A program made the position numbers and the translations under genes. From Utricularia gibba (taxonomy: Eukaryota; Plantae; Magnoliophyta), in contig NEEC01000008.1 of the NCBI GenBank assembly GCA_002189035.1, positions 248,001 to 312,000 of the forward strand: DNA of 64,000 nucleotides, written 5' to 3'. Each line of letters opens with the position of its first letter. The first letter of the stretch is position 1. Below, piece by piece: positions 63,908 through 64,000 of this stretch. Below the pieces are notes generated by a model. It did no database searches. It had not been told where the DNA came from and was given only the letters and a program-made list of their open reading frames with translations.

Positions 63908-64000
63908 GAATTGTAATTGATGATTACAATGATCAGTAGAAATAGTTCATCATCGTTTTGCTTAATAAAGTATTATAAACATTTTCTCTAGTAACTGTAA
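63908..64000 (-). repeat. Inverted copy of an array A unit at the window end
   Basis: The reverse complement TTACAGTTACTAG..TAAGCAAAACGA..CTGATCATTGTAATCATCAATTACAATT matches array A (e.g. CTGATCACTGTAATTCATCAATTACAGTT at about 57667). Confidence 0.8.

Larger units (their letters stand above)
56372..64000. mobile_element. Large Mutator-like element (MULE 3) with two divergent genes; right end lies outside the window
   Basis: TIR-like start GGGTCATTTTCAAAACCACC at 56372, subterminal array A, a MuDR transposase (-), an accessory gene (+), and an inverted array-A unit at 63908-64000. Confidence 0.78.

Overview
Plant (angiosperm) nuclear DNA with two GC-richer gene islands (1-16 kb and 31-36.6 kb) and one isolated PPR gene (52-54 kb). 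These are separated by very AT-rich tracts of decayed transposons. Genes in order: R2R3-MYB (MYB105/117 type, +), a CDF-like gene without a DOF domain (-), a RING-CH E3 ligase (+), a sphingoid base C4-hydroxylase (-), tRNA-iMet (+), a class I TCP (+), an F-box/kelch gene with a homopolymer frameshift (-), a PRE-type HLH (+), an HD-ZIP I (ATHB13 type, +) and a PLS-E PPR gene with a homopolymer frameshift (+). Mobile DNA: a decayed Copia, four solo LTRs with perfect 5-bp TSDs plus one truncated LTR, an Athila-like 3' end, several decayed Mutator-like elements (MULEs), two hAT non-autonomous elements with 8-bp TSDs, a long foldback element and a LINE fragment. The strongest candidate for an undescribed system is the MULE from 56.4 kb to the window end. 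It has a MuDR transposase (-) and a divergent intron-containing accessory gene (+) that fuses a Transposase_28-like domain, an acidic/coiled-coil linker and an FCP1/NIF-type HAD phosphatase domain. It also has about 70-bp tandem arrays sharing an ACTGTAAT core and a telomere-repeat palindrome between the two genes. The second candidate is the CDF-like gene, which keeps only the C-terminal CDF motifs. All family assignments come from recalled motif knowledge, with no database search. Transposon boundaries without TSDs are approximate.
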